Below are positions 41,354 through 57,003 of a DNA stretch of 64,000 nucleotides, piece by piece (positions within the stretch are counted from its first letter, which is position 1; each line of letters starts with the position of its first letter). Location: NCBI RefSeq assembly GCF_009914755.1, contig NC_060940.1; one strand, written 5' to 3'. A program made the translations under genes and the position numbers. The notes beneath the pieces were generated by a model. It made no database searches. It had not been told where the DNA came from and saw nothing but the letters and a program-made list of their open reading frames with translations. Source of the stretch: the human T2T-CHM13v2.0 reference genome, Homo sapiens.

Positions 41354-44300
41354 GTATGCTTGATCATTCACCAATGTCCCCACTACATTTGGGGTCCCTT
41401 GGCGTGCCACTGCCTTGAAGAAAATCCCCAGGCCTTATCACCCCATCTTCTCTGTCCCCCCCATGCTGGAGTAAAATAACAGCAAAACAGAAGGGGCTTT
41501 CTGTTTTCCAGGTACTAAATAGAGGTAGTGTGTATCTTTTTCATGGTAGGAGATGGAAATCCAAAGAGAAATGAAAAATAAACCAAACCTAACTTGTATA
41601 GTTGATTTTTACCATGAAGACTGAGGTTTCCAAAACAACTGAGGAGTGCTTGAAATGCCCTGGAAATGTGGGCTGCATCGCTTTTACTCCTGCAGCTTTG
41701 AATGAAGCCCCACACTGCAGAACCCACAGCGTGCATACACACAGCAACCTTGGTGTAACAAACTTCCTGAAATGAGTCTATTGTTAAAGGGCTTTATCGC
41801 GGTTCTAGTTCCCAGATTACCGTGTGGAAGGAATCTTGTAGCAACCTTAGCTCTCAGATTTGTGTCTTGAGCCAATTTATCTCCCTCCCCTCCTTCAACA
41901 AGTGTGTTTCCTTCATGTAATTATGTAATATTTACAAGAAGGGAAAAACTCCATGGCGACCCAGTTACATAACTTTAAAAATATTTTTATTACAAGCAGT
42001 CCAGACTCTCAGGGCATCTCATTAGACTATTAAGTAGTCCAGCATTTACCCAGAATTCTGTTTCCGCTTTTGCAATGGCACAGGTATTTATTTGCTTTGA
42101 TGAGGAACTGTCCTTCTGACTTGATCCCCAGCTGTTTTGAATTTGGGGCGGGGCTTTGTCTTTTTGGCCCAAGAGGAGAGGTTCAGAGGCCACCTCCTCC
42201 CCGGCAGGTAGGCCAATCCGGACATGTCCTGACCATCACTCACAGCCCAGAGTCCTATTCTGGGGCTATTTGCTCAGAGCTCTGCACGAGGCCAAGTTTG
42301 TCTGAATGCCGCTCTGTACGACGGCGCTGAGCATAAACCCCAGCCTCTCCTGGCAGCTTTTTTCTGCTGCCTCTTTCCAAGTCTGCCGGCATCTCCTGCT
42401 TGAGATTCTGAGAGTCCAACAGGACCCAAGCAAGCCAGTTCTCAGCCCCAGGAATCATATGGAAAGCATCCTCAGGACCCTTCAGCTGTTGGAGCATTGC
42501 CCGGGCAGGGTCTCCTCCAGAGAGCATGGCCGCCAACTGCCCACAGCGGGAACGTCAGTGGAGAGAGTTAGGACTTTTCTCTGAGACTCCTCCCTCACCG
42601 GTTTGCTTTGTAAAGGACCAGTAGCCCATGCACCCAATTACTTGTTTCAGTATCTCACAGAAAACATAGCTTGTAATTCATTGTTCCTCAAACTTGAGTA
42701 ATACATCCCTTTTAAAGATAAACAACCTGAAGCCCTGTTTCCCCCTGCATTTTCATTTAGCTTAATGAAAATGTGACCTAAATGTGTGAAAAACCTAAAA
42801 TCAGGTATAAATCCTGTGTCCTGAAAGCCCCTACTTCAATATAAAATCATTGCATACTTGCAAATTATTTTACAAGCATAGCTAGAAAACCATGAAAATT
42901 TTTATGGATGACGTTAATTTGGTGTGACAGGTGATGCTGTCCTCCTAAAACCAAACTGCTAACAGAGTGTGGTGTAGGCAGCTGGGCCCAGCTTTTTGAG
43001 TCTGGCCTGCACGTGCTTCCACGTACCTTACAGTTACTCACCCTCCCTCTTTTTTGGGTTCAGAGCCAGGGAAATGAGCACTGTGTGTGTCCACAGGCAG
43101 GAATTGGTTGCTTTGTTCAGGGGGGCCTTTGTAGGTGCTCACTGAATGCTTGTGGACTGAAAAGAAGGAATAAATGATCAGTTAAGGCCGCATTCATTCA
43201 AGGTACGTAACGGATATTTGAGAATGAATGACCACAGTGATTGGTGTTTTGTGTTGTTGGTAGAGTGATGTGTGGCAGTAATTCGGCCATAAGGAAGGTG
43301 AGAAAAATCATCATTGCTAACATTTAAGGGCCTGCCAAGCCTTGGACGTGGGTTAACTCATTGAATCATACTATGTGGTCTCTGTGATAGAAAAGGTTCC
43401 CAGTATTTTTTTAAAAGATGCAATTTTTTATAGGGAGGTGCCACATGGCCATTCTGCCTGTACCTTTTATCTAATTTGAATTCTATGTATTTGTTAGAAT
43501 AATATATTCCCCTTGTTCAAACAGTACAAAACATGGCATGTGAAAAGTCTCTCTCACTCTATACCCTGAGCACCCAACTGCACTCCCCAGAGGCAGCCTG
43601 TGTTGATTTTTGCCTTCACTTTTTAAAAAATAATTTTTTTTAAACAACGTTTTTTAAAGTTAAAAAGTTCAAACATGTAAAAACCGGGTTTCTGTTCTAG
43701 TTTTGTTCAGGCTCCTGACTTCTATCCCCAGAGACAATTAGGGTTACAGGGTTCTCGTATGTCCTAACAGAGACATCTGTCAGGGGTTCTTAACTAGGGG
43801 CAATTTTGCCCCTCAGGGGATACCTGGCAGTGTCTGGGGAGATGCATTCAGTTGTCATGACCGAGGCTGGGGTGCTACTGACATCTAGTGGGTGGAGGTC
43901 AGGGATGCTGCTCACCAGCCTGCAGTGTCTGGGACAGCCTCCCTCCATACTCAGTTATAGCCCAAATTGTCAGCAGTGCCAAGATTGAGAAACCCTGGCC
44001 TATGCATATGTAAATAAGCAAATACAAACATGCACACGCTTTTCTATGCAAATGGTAGATAAGCCACACCCTGTGCTACACCCTCTTGCCTTTACATTTT
44101 AAAACAAAATAGCAGGCATGTCTAGGCCAGCTTTGCAAGACAGTTTTGAATACCCTGATTCTTAAAGCTGGTCCTCTGAACATTGGGCAACAGGTGTGGG
44201 AGCAGGGCCAGCTTAGCCCAGAGGCAGCCCTCTGATTTTGCATCCTGGCCCACCTGGGTTTGCCTCTGTCTCGTGTGATTTTCAGCCCCGTAGTTCACAT

Positions 44301-44848
44301 ACCTCCTGACGATGCTGTGGAATCCCCGTGTGCTAAAACCCACCACAGGGTCAGAGCTCCCTCCCGTGATGGAATCTCTGTGTAGCCAACCCTCTGCCAA
44401 GTCCTTGATTGGAACAAAACTCTCCGGCCCCTTCTTCTTGTATCACTAAAGTATTGGGACAGTGCCTTCTAGTCTTCTCATAACCAAATTTGACACTAAA
44501 ATGCCCATGGAAAGGAAGGAGTGTGCTGGTTTGGCTGTTCTTTCCCGCATTGCTCCACTTCAGCCGGATTTGGCTTCACCCAGCCATGAGGGACAGTCTC
44601 GCATTAATGCACTTCCTTCCGAGGAAGAGCAGCCAGCCAAATAGGCAACAGTCTGAAGGAGAGACTGACCTTACAAGAGTGGAACCGAGTCCTGCTTCCT
44701 GTGGCTCATTCTTTGAATTTTGCATCGTAGGAATTGCTGCTTAATACAGGACTTAGGTAGCCCAGCCTGGTCGCTTCTGATCCAGGAAGCAAGAGGTTGA
44801 AAATACCGCACACTTTCATGCAAATCCCGTTTCTTTTTTTTCCGCCAG

Positions 44849-44962
44849 GTCTTCTTAATTATACATCATGCACCGCTGGTGAACTCGTTAGCTGAAGTCA
44901 TTCTGAATGGTGATCTGTCTGAGATGTACGCTAAGACTGAACAGGATATTCAGAGAAGTTCT
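44849..44962 (+). CDS. CLEC16A: CLEC16A exon 10 (114 nt; VFLIIHHAPLVNSLAEVILNGDLSEMYAKTEQDIQRSS); gene continues beyond the window
   Basis: tttcttttttttccgccag acceptor; TCT|GTAAGT donor; phase 0-0; no further recognisable exon up to 64000. Confidence 0.95.
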
Positions 44963-45826
44963 GTAAGTCATTAGCTTCGGGACTGACCTTAACAGGAAAC
45001 CATTGCTCATTTTGCTAATCTGTGTGTTTCTCTAAAATCAGAAACTAACATTCTGAATATATAGCAGTGATGATGCATAAGCTGGTCCGGGATTCAGTGA
45101 ACCTAATCAGAGTCTTGATTGCATACCCAAGAGAAGCTGGGATCAGGGACCACCTGGATTTGATTGATTGTGTGTTCTTAAACATGGAATTGTACCACTC
45201 CGGGCCTTAGGTTGCATATCTGTGAGACACTGTTATCGGGACACAGTGAGAAAATGCCTTATCAGAGGAACTAATGTCTACAGAAGTTGGGCGATGAACA
45301 TCCATGAATGACTCAGGCCCCAGGTGAGGGCAGTAGAGAGTGGCGAGGGGTGTGGCAAATTGGAGAGTGTATGCCACCTTGGCGAGCAGCTCCTGTTCTA
45401 CCCCAGGCTGCTGCTGTTCTGCAGGAATATGGATGTAGGATTACTAGGTTTTTTCATGTTTCTAGAGAAGCGGGAAAAACGCATTGTTACGTGTAATCTC
45501 TAGTTTTAAATGATCATCAAGCTTTGGACTAAGTAGCATGTTTGTGGTCTGCAGGAAGGAGCTTTGGCGTTCCATTTGGTACACTGCTGAGGGAAAACAC
45601 CTGATGGCCAGTGTTGTGACTTCTCTTGAAGCTTTTCCATCTTGTCCTCTGTATATCTCTGCTGTCATCTCTCAGATCCTGCTCACATGTCCTGAGCTCC
45701 AGCTGCCTTAATCCTGGTCTGACTTGCTTTTCCCCCAGCATGTCCAGCATTTGTGCCTTTGAACCTGCGCCTTTACCGTACCTACAGCCTGGTTCCTGAT
45801 GCACCTGGTTCCCTCTTTTCAAAGGT

Positions 45827-45985
45827 CTTACCCACTCTAAGCTCCTTATGGCAGGGATCTCACCTGTCACTGAATCAGCTGCAGTCTGGGCTGCACAAAT
45901 GCTCATCTCACTTATGCGGAGCCCAGGCTGCAGCTGATTCAGTGACAGGTGAGATCCCTGCCATAAGGAGCTTAGAGTGGGTAAG
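45827..45985. repeat. Inverted repeat with 66-bp arms (45827-45892 / 45920-45985) and 27-nt spacer
   Basis: Arms are reverse complements at 65/66 positions; the ORF track shows the same peptide AADSVTGEIPAIRSLEWV on both strands. Confidence 0.97.
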
Positions 45986-46890
45986 TGAGATGAGCATAGT
46001 GCGTTTTATACAAGGGCTGTTTCATAAAGGTTTCCTCTCTGCAGCCAGGTGCTCAGGCAGTGGCCAGGCTGGTAAAAGGGCCAGCTCGCCCTGGGGTAGT
46101 AGATTTGCTGCCCCACCTACATGAATGGGTGGAATGTGACCCTGTGGATGAAAGGCCACCACTGCATGGAGTACAATTACAAGAGGCCCCTGCCCTTCCA
46201 CTGGTTTTGGTGTATGATGGTCTGGCCAGGTCATTTTGTTATTCAGGGGAGCATTAGCGCCTCTGAAAAGCTTCCCAGAAACTCTGTCCTTGTTAGTGGT
46301 GGTGGCATTAGTGAATTGATTGGGGCCTTTTCATGGCCCCTGTCTGGCCTATCCCTTTCTTGATTCATTCAGCAGTGTTGATGGAGCTCTTTCTTTGGGC
46401 CAAGTATCATGCTAGTTCTGGGGATACACAATGTCATAAAGAGTCTGTGCCATATTCGAGCTTTACAGTACAGTAGAGAGGTGGACATGGATCAGATATG
46501 CAAATAACTCACTGTCTTAACTCTTATAAGCGCTCTAAAGGGAAGAAGTGTTTGGTGAGAGGCTTTGGCCTAGAGGTGACAGGGGTGATGTGTTAAAGAT
46601 TTTCCTAGTGGTCCATCTCATGACAACACACGGTCTGGCAAATGTACAGCTGACTCAGAGTTTATGGGGCCCTAGATATTTCTCTGCAACTTTCTTAAAC
46701 TAGCGTTTGCTAAATGAATGTAAGTCACGGAAGGCTGAGTCAGCAGAATCAGCAGGGCCTCCAGTTAGAGGTGCAGAGTGCCCTGCCAGCCACCTGGTCT
46801 CGGGCAGGTTGTTTCACTCCATTTAGAAAACAGGCAGCGCAAGCCCTGCTCTAGAGAGCTGATGGAGATGGGGGCAAAATATAAAGTGCC

Positions 46891-47277
<387 letters not shown>

Positions 47278-47596
47278 TTAAAAGAAAATTTTCTGAATTG
47301 CCAACATTAAAATTTAGGAAGAAAAGTCCAGATTTTTGGAATCTTCTCCAACAGTCAGAAGATCTGGTCCCCATCAATGCACGTTTCTACGGGAAGCTTC
47401 GCAGAGCCTGCCCCCATCAGATGAGGCGTGTTTACCGTGAAACCTGCCCACTGCTAACTGGGACTACATTGATGTTAATATGTTAATAGCAACTGGAGAT
47501 GTACTGGGTCCCTCGGGACTTTTTTTTTTTTTAGTTGCATGATTTCCAAGCCTGAGGATAGCTGCCGTGGCTTCATCTCAGATTGTCTTACTGTAA

Positions 47597-48282
<686 letters not shown>

Positions 48283-48289
48283 TGCTGCA

Positions 48290-48690
48290 TTTTTAGAGTT
48301 GTGATAAGAACACAACATGAGATCTACCCTTTTAACACATTTTTATTTGTATGGTTAACATTATTGTTGAGTGTAGGCACAGCATCATTCAGCAGATTTC
48401 TAGATCTCATTTATCTTGCATACTGAAACTTCAGAAGTACAATGTGCTATCCATTGCTCTGTGGAGTCACCTGCATGACTGATACTTCATACCCACTGGA
48501 CAACAACTCTCCATCCCCCCAGCCCCAGCAATCACCATTCTCCTCTCTGCATGAGCTTGACAATTTTAGATACCTCGTATAAGTAGAATCGTGCAGCATT
48601 TGTCTTTGTCACTGGCTCATTTCACTTAATGTAATGTCCTCGAGATTCATCCATGTTGTCGCATATATCAGAATTTATTTCTTTAAGGCT

Positions 48691-48730
<40 letters not shown>

Positions 48731-49119
48731 CAAGAAATATACCACATTTTCTTTTTCTTTCTTTATCCATTTATCCATCATTATGCAGTTTTAGTTTTTT
48801 TGATTTTTTTTTTGGTGTGTTTTGTTTTGTTTTGTTTTTGACAGAGTCTGGCTCTGTCGCCCAGGCTGGAGTACAGTAGCGTGATCTCGGCTCACTGCAA
48901 CCTCTGTCTCCAGGGTTCAAGTGATTCTCGTGCCTCAGCCTCCGAATAGCTGGGACTACAGGCATGCACCACCACACCCAGCTAATTTTGTTTGTATTTT
49001 TAGTAGAGATGGGATTTTACCATGTTGGCCAGGCTGGTCTTGAACTTCTGGCCTCAAGTGATCTGCCCGTCTTAGCCTCCCAATGTGCTGGGATTACAGG
49101 TGTGAGCCACTGCACCCAG
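48290..49119 (-). mobile_element. L1MA-type fragment (about 48290-48780) containing (GT)18 at 48693-48728, then AluS (about 48797-49119)
   Basis: caacatgagatctaccct...ttcatccatgttgtcgca; Alu consensus. Confidence 0.82.
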
Positions 49120-51089
49120 CTTTTATGCAGTTTTTTTTTTAATTGAAATTTTTTACTGAGATAATTATAGATTTGCGTGCAGTTGTAACAGATAATACAG
49201 AGAGATCTTCCTCAGTTTCCCCCAGTGGTAACATCTTGCAAAACTCTAGTACACCCTCACAAGCAGGATATTGACAGTGATACATAGGATTTATGTTTGA
49301 GCAAAAGCAAACTGCGGGTTACTGGCAACCTCTCAGTTTAGGACACTGGCTGTAGCTGAACCATTTAGTCAGGGGAAGTGTTTAGGAGATCTGTCCTCTC
49401 TCCTGATATGGCCTCTTCTTAGGATGAAGGTCTCACCTCCCTTGTGAGAGACACACAAACTGCCTTTGGGATGTAAGAGCCAGTTGTGGTGGACACCTGA
49501 ACTGAAAATGAGACTCTGTAGCGTGGAGGGAATTGCTAGCCCACATGTGTCGGCTTTCTGCTTCCAGTTACTACCTTTCTCTCAGTGTGAAGTTGAAGTT
49601 GGTTGTAATCTGATGACTATCGTTCAGGTTTGGGAAGAGCACAGGCTGAATTCCTTCTGTGACTTGTTTGATAATAGTCCTGGTACGATTTACCTTCCTT
49701 CCCTATGAGCGAGAACAGACTCCTATTGTTTCCTGCCCAACTCGGATGTGGTTTGATTATACTTGTTTTAAGTTTCTTGGTCTTTTTTAACCTACTTTCT
49801 CCTTCCCGTAATTTGTAGATAAGTTACTGGTATTGCCTCATTTTTACCAGCAGACCTTTCACAAAACCAAACCAAAATTGAAGAGAGAGAAGCAGAGGGG
49901 AGATCACAGTTATTTGAAAGGACTGTAATTTAGGGTTAAATGGAAAACACATCAGCATGGTTAGATGAATGTCTAATTGAAATTCATCTGTGCGTTAAAA
50001 TCATATGGTTCCTGCTAAAGGCTAATTCTTGCTATAATTCGAATGCAGAGCAGATAGTGTTTCTTGTGTGGGGAAATCGAGTAGGACAACACTAATTCTG
50101 AAACTGCTAACATCTCGTTGTTTTTGCAGAATGAACATATAGATTAGAATTTGGGATATGCATCATTACTTGTAGGTACTTTTTTTAAAGGACTTTTTTT
50201 TCCTCTTGGGTTTCTGTGGAATGGTTTCCTTCATTTTTGCATTCATTCATTTATTCATCTATTCATCCATTCCTTCAGCAGCCATCTGTTGTGTACTTGT
50301 GCTGAGAGATGAGGGATGTGGTGGTGCACTGGAACGACCTGACCCCTGCCCTCCCTGGGCTTCCCTCCTCCCATGAGGACAGGGACCATGTCTCGGAGAT
50401 GCCTGTGCCACCTGTGCCATCATGGGGCTTGCCAGAGATGCCCAGGGAGGTGTTCGGTGCAGGAGTGAATGACTCAGTGGGTGAAGTGGTAGCAGAGTCA
50501 CAAGGGCTCTCGTGACATTCTTGTAATGACTCTCAGAGCAGAAGTCACTTCCTAGCCTGCCCCTTGAATGCTGCCTTCTCTTTGCCTCAGTGGCTGGGTT
50601 TGCAGTGGGCTGCTTTTGGTGCTGTTCCATGTTCCACCTCCAGAGGCAGCCTTGTGGAGTGGGTGCTGTAACCAGTTTCCCTGGGCTCCTCAAATCGTGG
50701 TCCCTGATTTTACTAGGTGTTCCCGGGCCTCAGTTTCTTACCTCTCCAGTGAGAATAGCAAACATGGGTTTATGATGAGAATTAAGTGCCGTGTAAAGTG
50801 CTTACTCCAAAGCCTTTTTATGTACACAGCAAGTGCATAAATATTAGATGTTATCATTATAATGACCTTAGTTCCTAAGGCTGCGCAGTGACCTTCCACC
50901 TCCTACCTGGGACCTTCTTCCCTGGGCTTACGAGCTGTCTCTGGACTGATGAATGTGGAAACAGACACCATGCGCCCTTCAGGGGGGTGGCTTTTGAGCA
51001 GACACCAAGGCACAGAGGGAGAAGTGTTAGTAATAACAGTGATGATGAAACACCAATGTTAGCCATTGCCATTGAGTGATGGTAGGTGA

Positions 51090-51500
<411 letters not shown>

Positions 51501-53304
51501 GAAAGTATAAATACTTAACTGCTAATGTGGGTTCATATGGTTGGCTGGTTGTGAAGTCAGGGTCTGAGGATTCTGGGGCAGAATAGGCTTGCTTATCTCC
51601 ACATAAGGACATTGACAGTCTGTCTGTAGATACCAGTTTAGCAGTTAGGATGGTTTCCAGATGAATCTCTGGACACCTGTCACTTCTAGTAGCAGGACTC
51701 TCTGCCCAGCCGGATACTCCCCCAGGATATGGTGTGTGGAGCCAGTGGCTAGGAAAGTAGCAGCCTTGCTTCTCTGGGTTGTGTGTTTGCAGATTCAGAG
51801 CATTAATCGTTGACTTAGCTCCCCTGGTCGCTGCTGCAGGGCTTTCTTTACAACTCAAACTTGTATCCGATGTCAGCCGAGTCTCCCGTGTGCTGAATGC
51901 ATCAGGCAGGATAGCACCCCTTCCGGCCAGGATTAGAGTTCCTGAGTCTTTTAGTGACCCTGACTGTACTCATGATCCCCCAGCTAATCAGTGCTGGTTC
52001 CAAGGCGCGCACATTCTTCTTCCTGAAAATGCTAATAGGCTTCTGGGAGAAGGTTGATTGTGAATATCAAAGGGTAAAGATAGACTTCTATAAATTAAGG
52101 GCCTTAATTGACCCATTGCAGACATTCCCACAAGGGAATTAGAGCTTGGTGTATATTCTCCCTTTTGGCTTTGCCATTGAGGTCTATCCCCTAATCCCTC
52201 ACTGCAGTTACGGCTCTGAGGTGCCATTCTTGCCCACCGAAGTATTGAATGTGGCAGCTCTGGTCTATGTTTAAGAGGATTTGATATAATCAAAATCCAG
52301 AGTGCAACATGAGGTCCGGTACTAAGGAGCGTATCGTTGTCTGAGAAACAGTTGCGTCTCTCTGTTTCCTGGGGCAGAAGGTGGGCTGGACAACTGAGGA
52401 GGGTCTCAATGTCCCTTAGTACTTGAGAAGGGAGCAGGCTTTAGCCAGGGCCGCGGGTGACTGTGACCAAAGGCCCGGGGTTTTGGCCTTGGGCCAGCTA
52501 GCCAGAGAAGGGGCAGGTGCCTTCATTGCTACATCCTGGAGAAGCCAATTGGTAACAATGGAGTGGGCACAGTGGGCAGGGATGGGAGCAGGAGGCAGAT
52601 GGGGAAGAAGCCTTGTGACTTAGACCCTAGCTGGCTTTTCTATATCTGTCCTGCAGTGTGTGACACAGAATGGGCTTGGGGCAGCCACAAGGCTGGAGGC
52701 AGCTCCATGTAGAATGGGGACCTTTTCTGATTGCGTTGGGCCATTGGTGACTTCTTCTGGGTTTCAATTAAAATCAGAAAATTGAGGGTGAGGACAGACA
52801 AATGAGGTACGTGCCACTTCTGGCCTCTGTCCCCTGTGGCATTGTTAGTTTTCATGAGTGGGCCAGCCTCTTCGGATATTTGTGATTTTTAACCTGATTT
52901 TGAGTTACCTGAAGCCAGGTCAGTATTATTTATTCAGATATTCAGCAGATAATTATTGGGTATCTGCCGTATGCCAGGCACTGTTCTAGGCCCTGGAGAT
53001 ATATACCCAGTGAGCAAAACAAAAACCTTGACCTCCAGGAACTTGGGTCTCATGCAGAGAGACAGAGGAACAATAAAGCAAATAGTAACATCAGGGCACG
53101 TTAGATGTGAGAAGCCCTGGGAAAACAGTAGTGAAGCAGAGGATGGACATGGGCAATGCTCGGAGGCTGGAGTGTTACAGTTCTCAGTAAGGTGGCTGGG
53201 GTTGGCCTTGTTGGGAAGGTGAGGTGGAAGCACAGACTCAAAGGAAGCAAGAGAGTGAGTCATGTTGGTATCTGGAGGAAGAGCATTTTGGTCATAAAGA
53301 ACAT

Positions 53305-53412
53305 CGTGAACCTGGGAGGCGGAGCTTGCAGTGAGCCGAGATCATGCCACTACACTCCAGCCTGGGCGACAGAGCAAGACTCCGTCTCAAAAAAAAAAAA
53401 AAAAAAAAAAAA
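53305..53412 (+). mobile_element. 5'-truncated AluY inside an L2 fragment (about 52930-53510)
   Basis: cgtgaacctgggaggcggagcttgcagtgagccgag...poly-A; TSD aaagaaca. Confidence 0.85.
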
Positions 53413-54119
53413 GAACAGCCAGTGCAAAGGCCCTGCGGTGGGATGGTGCCTAGTGTGTTGGAGGAACAGCAAAGGGCAATGTGGCAAGGGGATGGGAAGT
53501 AGGAGATGAGGTTGGAGAGAACAAGTGTCCAAGGGACATGGCACCTATGTGCCATTGGAGGACTCAGGAGTTGCTGTGGAAGGAGACTGGAACCTCTTCG
53601 TCTTTGTGTCCCCATGTCTAGCATGGTTCCTGCAGTCAACGTTGATTGTCTTGATGTGACAAGTCTCGGTACGGGAATCAAACACATATCTCTAATGAGC
53701 GGTGGACATCCGGTCTTGGCCAGTGTCAGAGTCCTTGAAACTGGTTTTGCTGCGGGATGCTTTGCCTGATGGGAGCCTGAGGGCTGCACTTGAGCAAGAA
53801 GGGAGCATTTTGCTCACTTCTCAGAGACCCCTGCCCTTTCTGGGCATTCCAGCAGAGTTCACAAGAGTGGCTTGGTGGTGTGAGTCATTCGTTTCATGCC
53901 TGAGGGCAGTGCAGCTCTCATCCCTGGAGGTGATTAATGAGTGGGAGTTTCCCTAGAGAGTTCTGAGGCCAGTTGAGTAGCAGATCCTGGCTGGCCTGAA
54001 ATTGATTGCCTGCTGACCACTTGCTGGGTTGCTTATAACCTGGCCCCAGGACAGCTTCCTGGTAGCCTCCAGATATGCACGGGGACAAATTTGTTAGTTT
54101 CATGGGCAAAGAGAAGAAA

Positions 54120-54510
54120 AAATACAATACCTTACTGTTAACCACAGTCACCCTTCTGTGCAATAGAACACCAGATCTCACTCCTCCTGTCTAATTGGAA
54201 CTTTGTACCTGTTGACCACCCTCTCCCCATCTTCCCCATCCGCATCCCTGCATCCCCTCCCTGCCCAGTCTCCTGTAACCACTGTTCTCCTCTCTACTTC
54301 TATGAGATCAACTTTGTTTAGATTCCACAAGTGAGATCATGCTGGAAGACAGAGTTTTGAATGTTCTCACCACAAAGAAATGATAAATACATGAGGCGAT
54401 GGATATGCTAAGTACCCTGATGTGATCATTACATGACGTACACATATATTAAAACATCAAATTGTACCCCATAACCATGTACAATTATAATGCATCCATT
54501 AAAAAATAAA
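54120..54510. mobile_element. L1MA-type 3' end with 5' inversion
   Basis: 54120-54342 is antisense L1MA 3' UTR; 54341-54510 is the sense continuation up to the A-rich tail. Confidence 0.75.
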
Positions 54511-54516
54511 AAAGAA

Positions 54517-54851
<335 letters not shown>

Positions 54852-55388
54852 TTATTCACTCAAATAATATTGTGCTGGGTGACACTTGAGTTCTGGGTGG
54901 GTCATTTTCTGACATGAGCAGAATGTGCTCCATCTGTGAGGCAGAGGCTGGCTGCCATACTTACCCTTGTGCACTCCCTGCCTCGAGTAATTGTTGAGCC
55001 CCTACAAGTTGCAGGCAGGTGCTGTGAATGAACAAGACATCTGTCCCTTCCCTGATGATCTATTTGTGGGGGATAGACAGTAAGCCAGCTCATCCTCACA
55101 AATTTAAGATTTGGATATGGGAAGGAAATAGAAGCAACTTTGGGAGGTATGATGAGGGAAGCCCTCTAAGGAGGGAGCCTAATATTGAGAACTGAGGTCA
55201 GGGAGCTAGGCCTGCTGAGAGTTGAGGGGTTGGGTCGGGGGGCGTGGCCAAAACATGAGAAATGGTGAGTCAGAGGCCTCTGTGGGAAGGAGTTGGGTGT
55301 ATATGGGATCAGGAGAGAGGCCAGCATTCAAGAAATATCCTGGGTTGGTGGAAGAGAGGGACGGTTTTCGTTTTATAGAAGATGAACC

Positions 55389-55693
<305 letters not shown>

Positions 55694-56787
55694 TCATTGA
55701 ACATCTCATTTCACGCTCATAATGAAAGAGAGCGAGGTGGTGTTATTGTCACACGCTCCCCATAAGGAAGCCAAGGTTCCGTGATTGTTCCTTTGGGATT
55801 GCAGGTGACTAGCCCCAAATCTCACACTGTTTCTATTCCAAGTCTTTTTATCACCACTTGCAATTATGTTTTCCAGTTTGGCATGAGATGTCAGGGCAGT
55901 GTAGCATTTTGGGCTGTTCTGAGTAACAGAATAACCAGTGTTTCACAGTTCATCTTTTTCAAAATATAGTAAAATACTCTTTCCAAAGAAATACCAAATA
56001 AGTGCTTGGTTTGTCATTGTTTAGTAAGGGAGTGTGAGATGCCTCATTTTGTGTGATTGAAGAGGCCTGTTCAATGCTCGTGATGATCTTGCAATTAATT
56101 CATCCCACAAGCATTCCCTCTTGATTGAATGCCAGAGACAGTGCCAGACATGCTGCTTGGCATTGAGAGGGACAGAGAAGGTGACCTGGGATGGGGAAGG
56201 CAAGGGAGAGGAGGCTGGCCCCCTACAGACTTAGTGACACGCCAGAGGTCACTTTCCAAGAGGAAATTGCAGCACCATCTTGACGTTACCTGCTCCTCAT
56301 CTCAGCGTCAAGTGCTGAGCACGCGGCTGCAAGAGGCCTGTGAGTGCTGTGAGTCTGTTCCAATTCCTGAGAGATGGACATTTCCTTGCTTTACGCCTCT
56401 GCAGCTGCAACACTTGATAACTGGTAATTCATGGAGAAGAATGCCGTGTTCTCCTTGTTAATGGAAGCGGCCTGCTACCTTTGCATGTTCCCCACTCCAT
56501 AGCATTCATTTTCTCCTTTACATTTCGGCAGTGCCGTCAAATCGCCTCACTGATGTTGCAGCTGTGCATTCTTCATGCATGTTGGGCTTTGGTTCCACAG
56601 CTCCACGCGGCTCCTGGATTGGCGAGTAAGGCATATGTCTATACATCACCCTGGGGTACATCACCCATCTGGTGCTTGCTTGCCAATCACCTCCTTCTGG
56701 ATGAGAACAGGTTCACTCTGCTGCACTCATCACCCGGCTTCCTTTTTCAGCCAGTGGCCAAGCCATGTGCTACAGTGCTGTTGGTTA

Positions 56788-57003
<216 letters not shown>

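Noticed and set aside
49300-50250. Repeat-poor intron 10 segment with GATA/RUNX/ETS-like words as a possible enhancer
   Set aside because: Short motifs are expected by chance; cannot be supported without chromatin or conservation data
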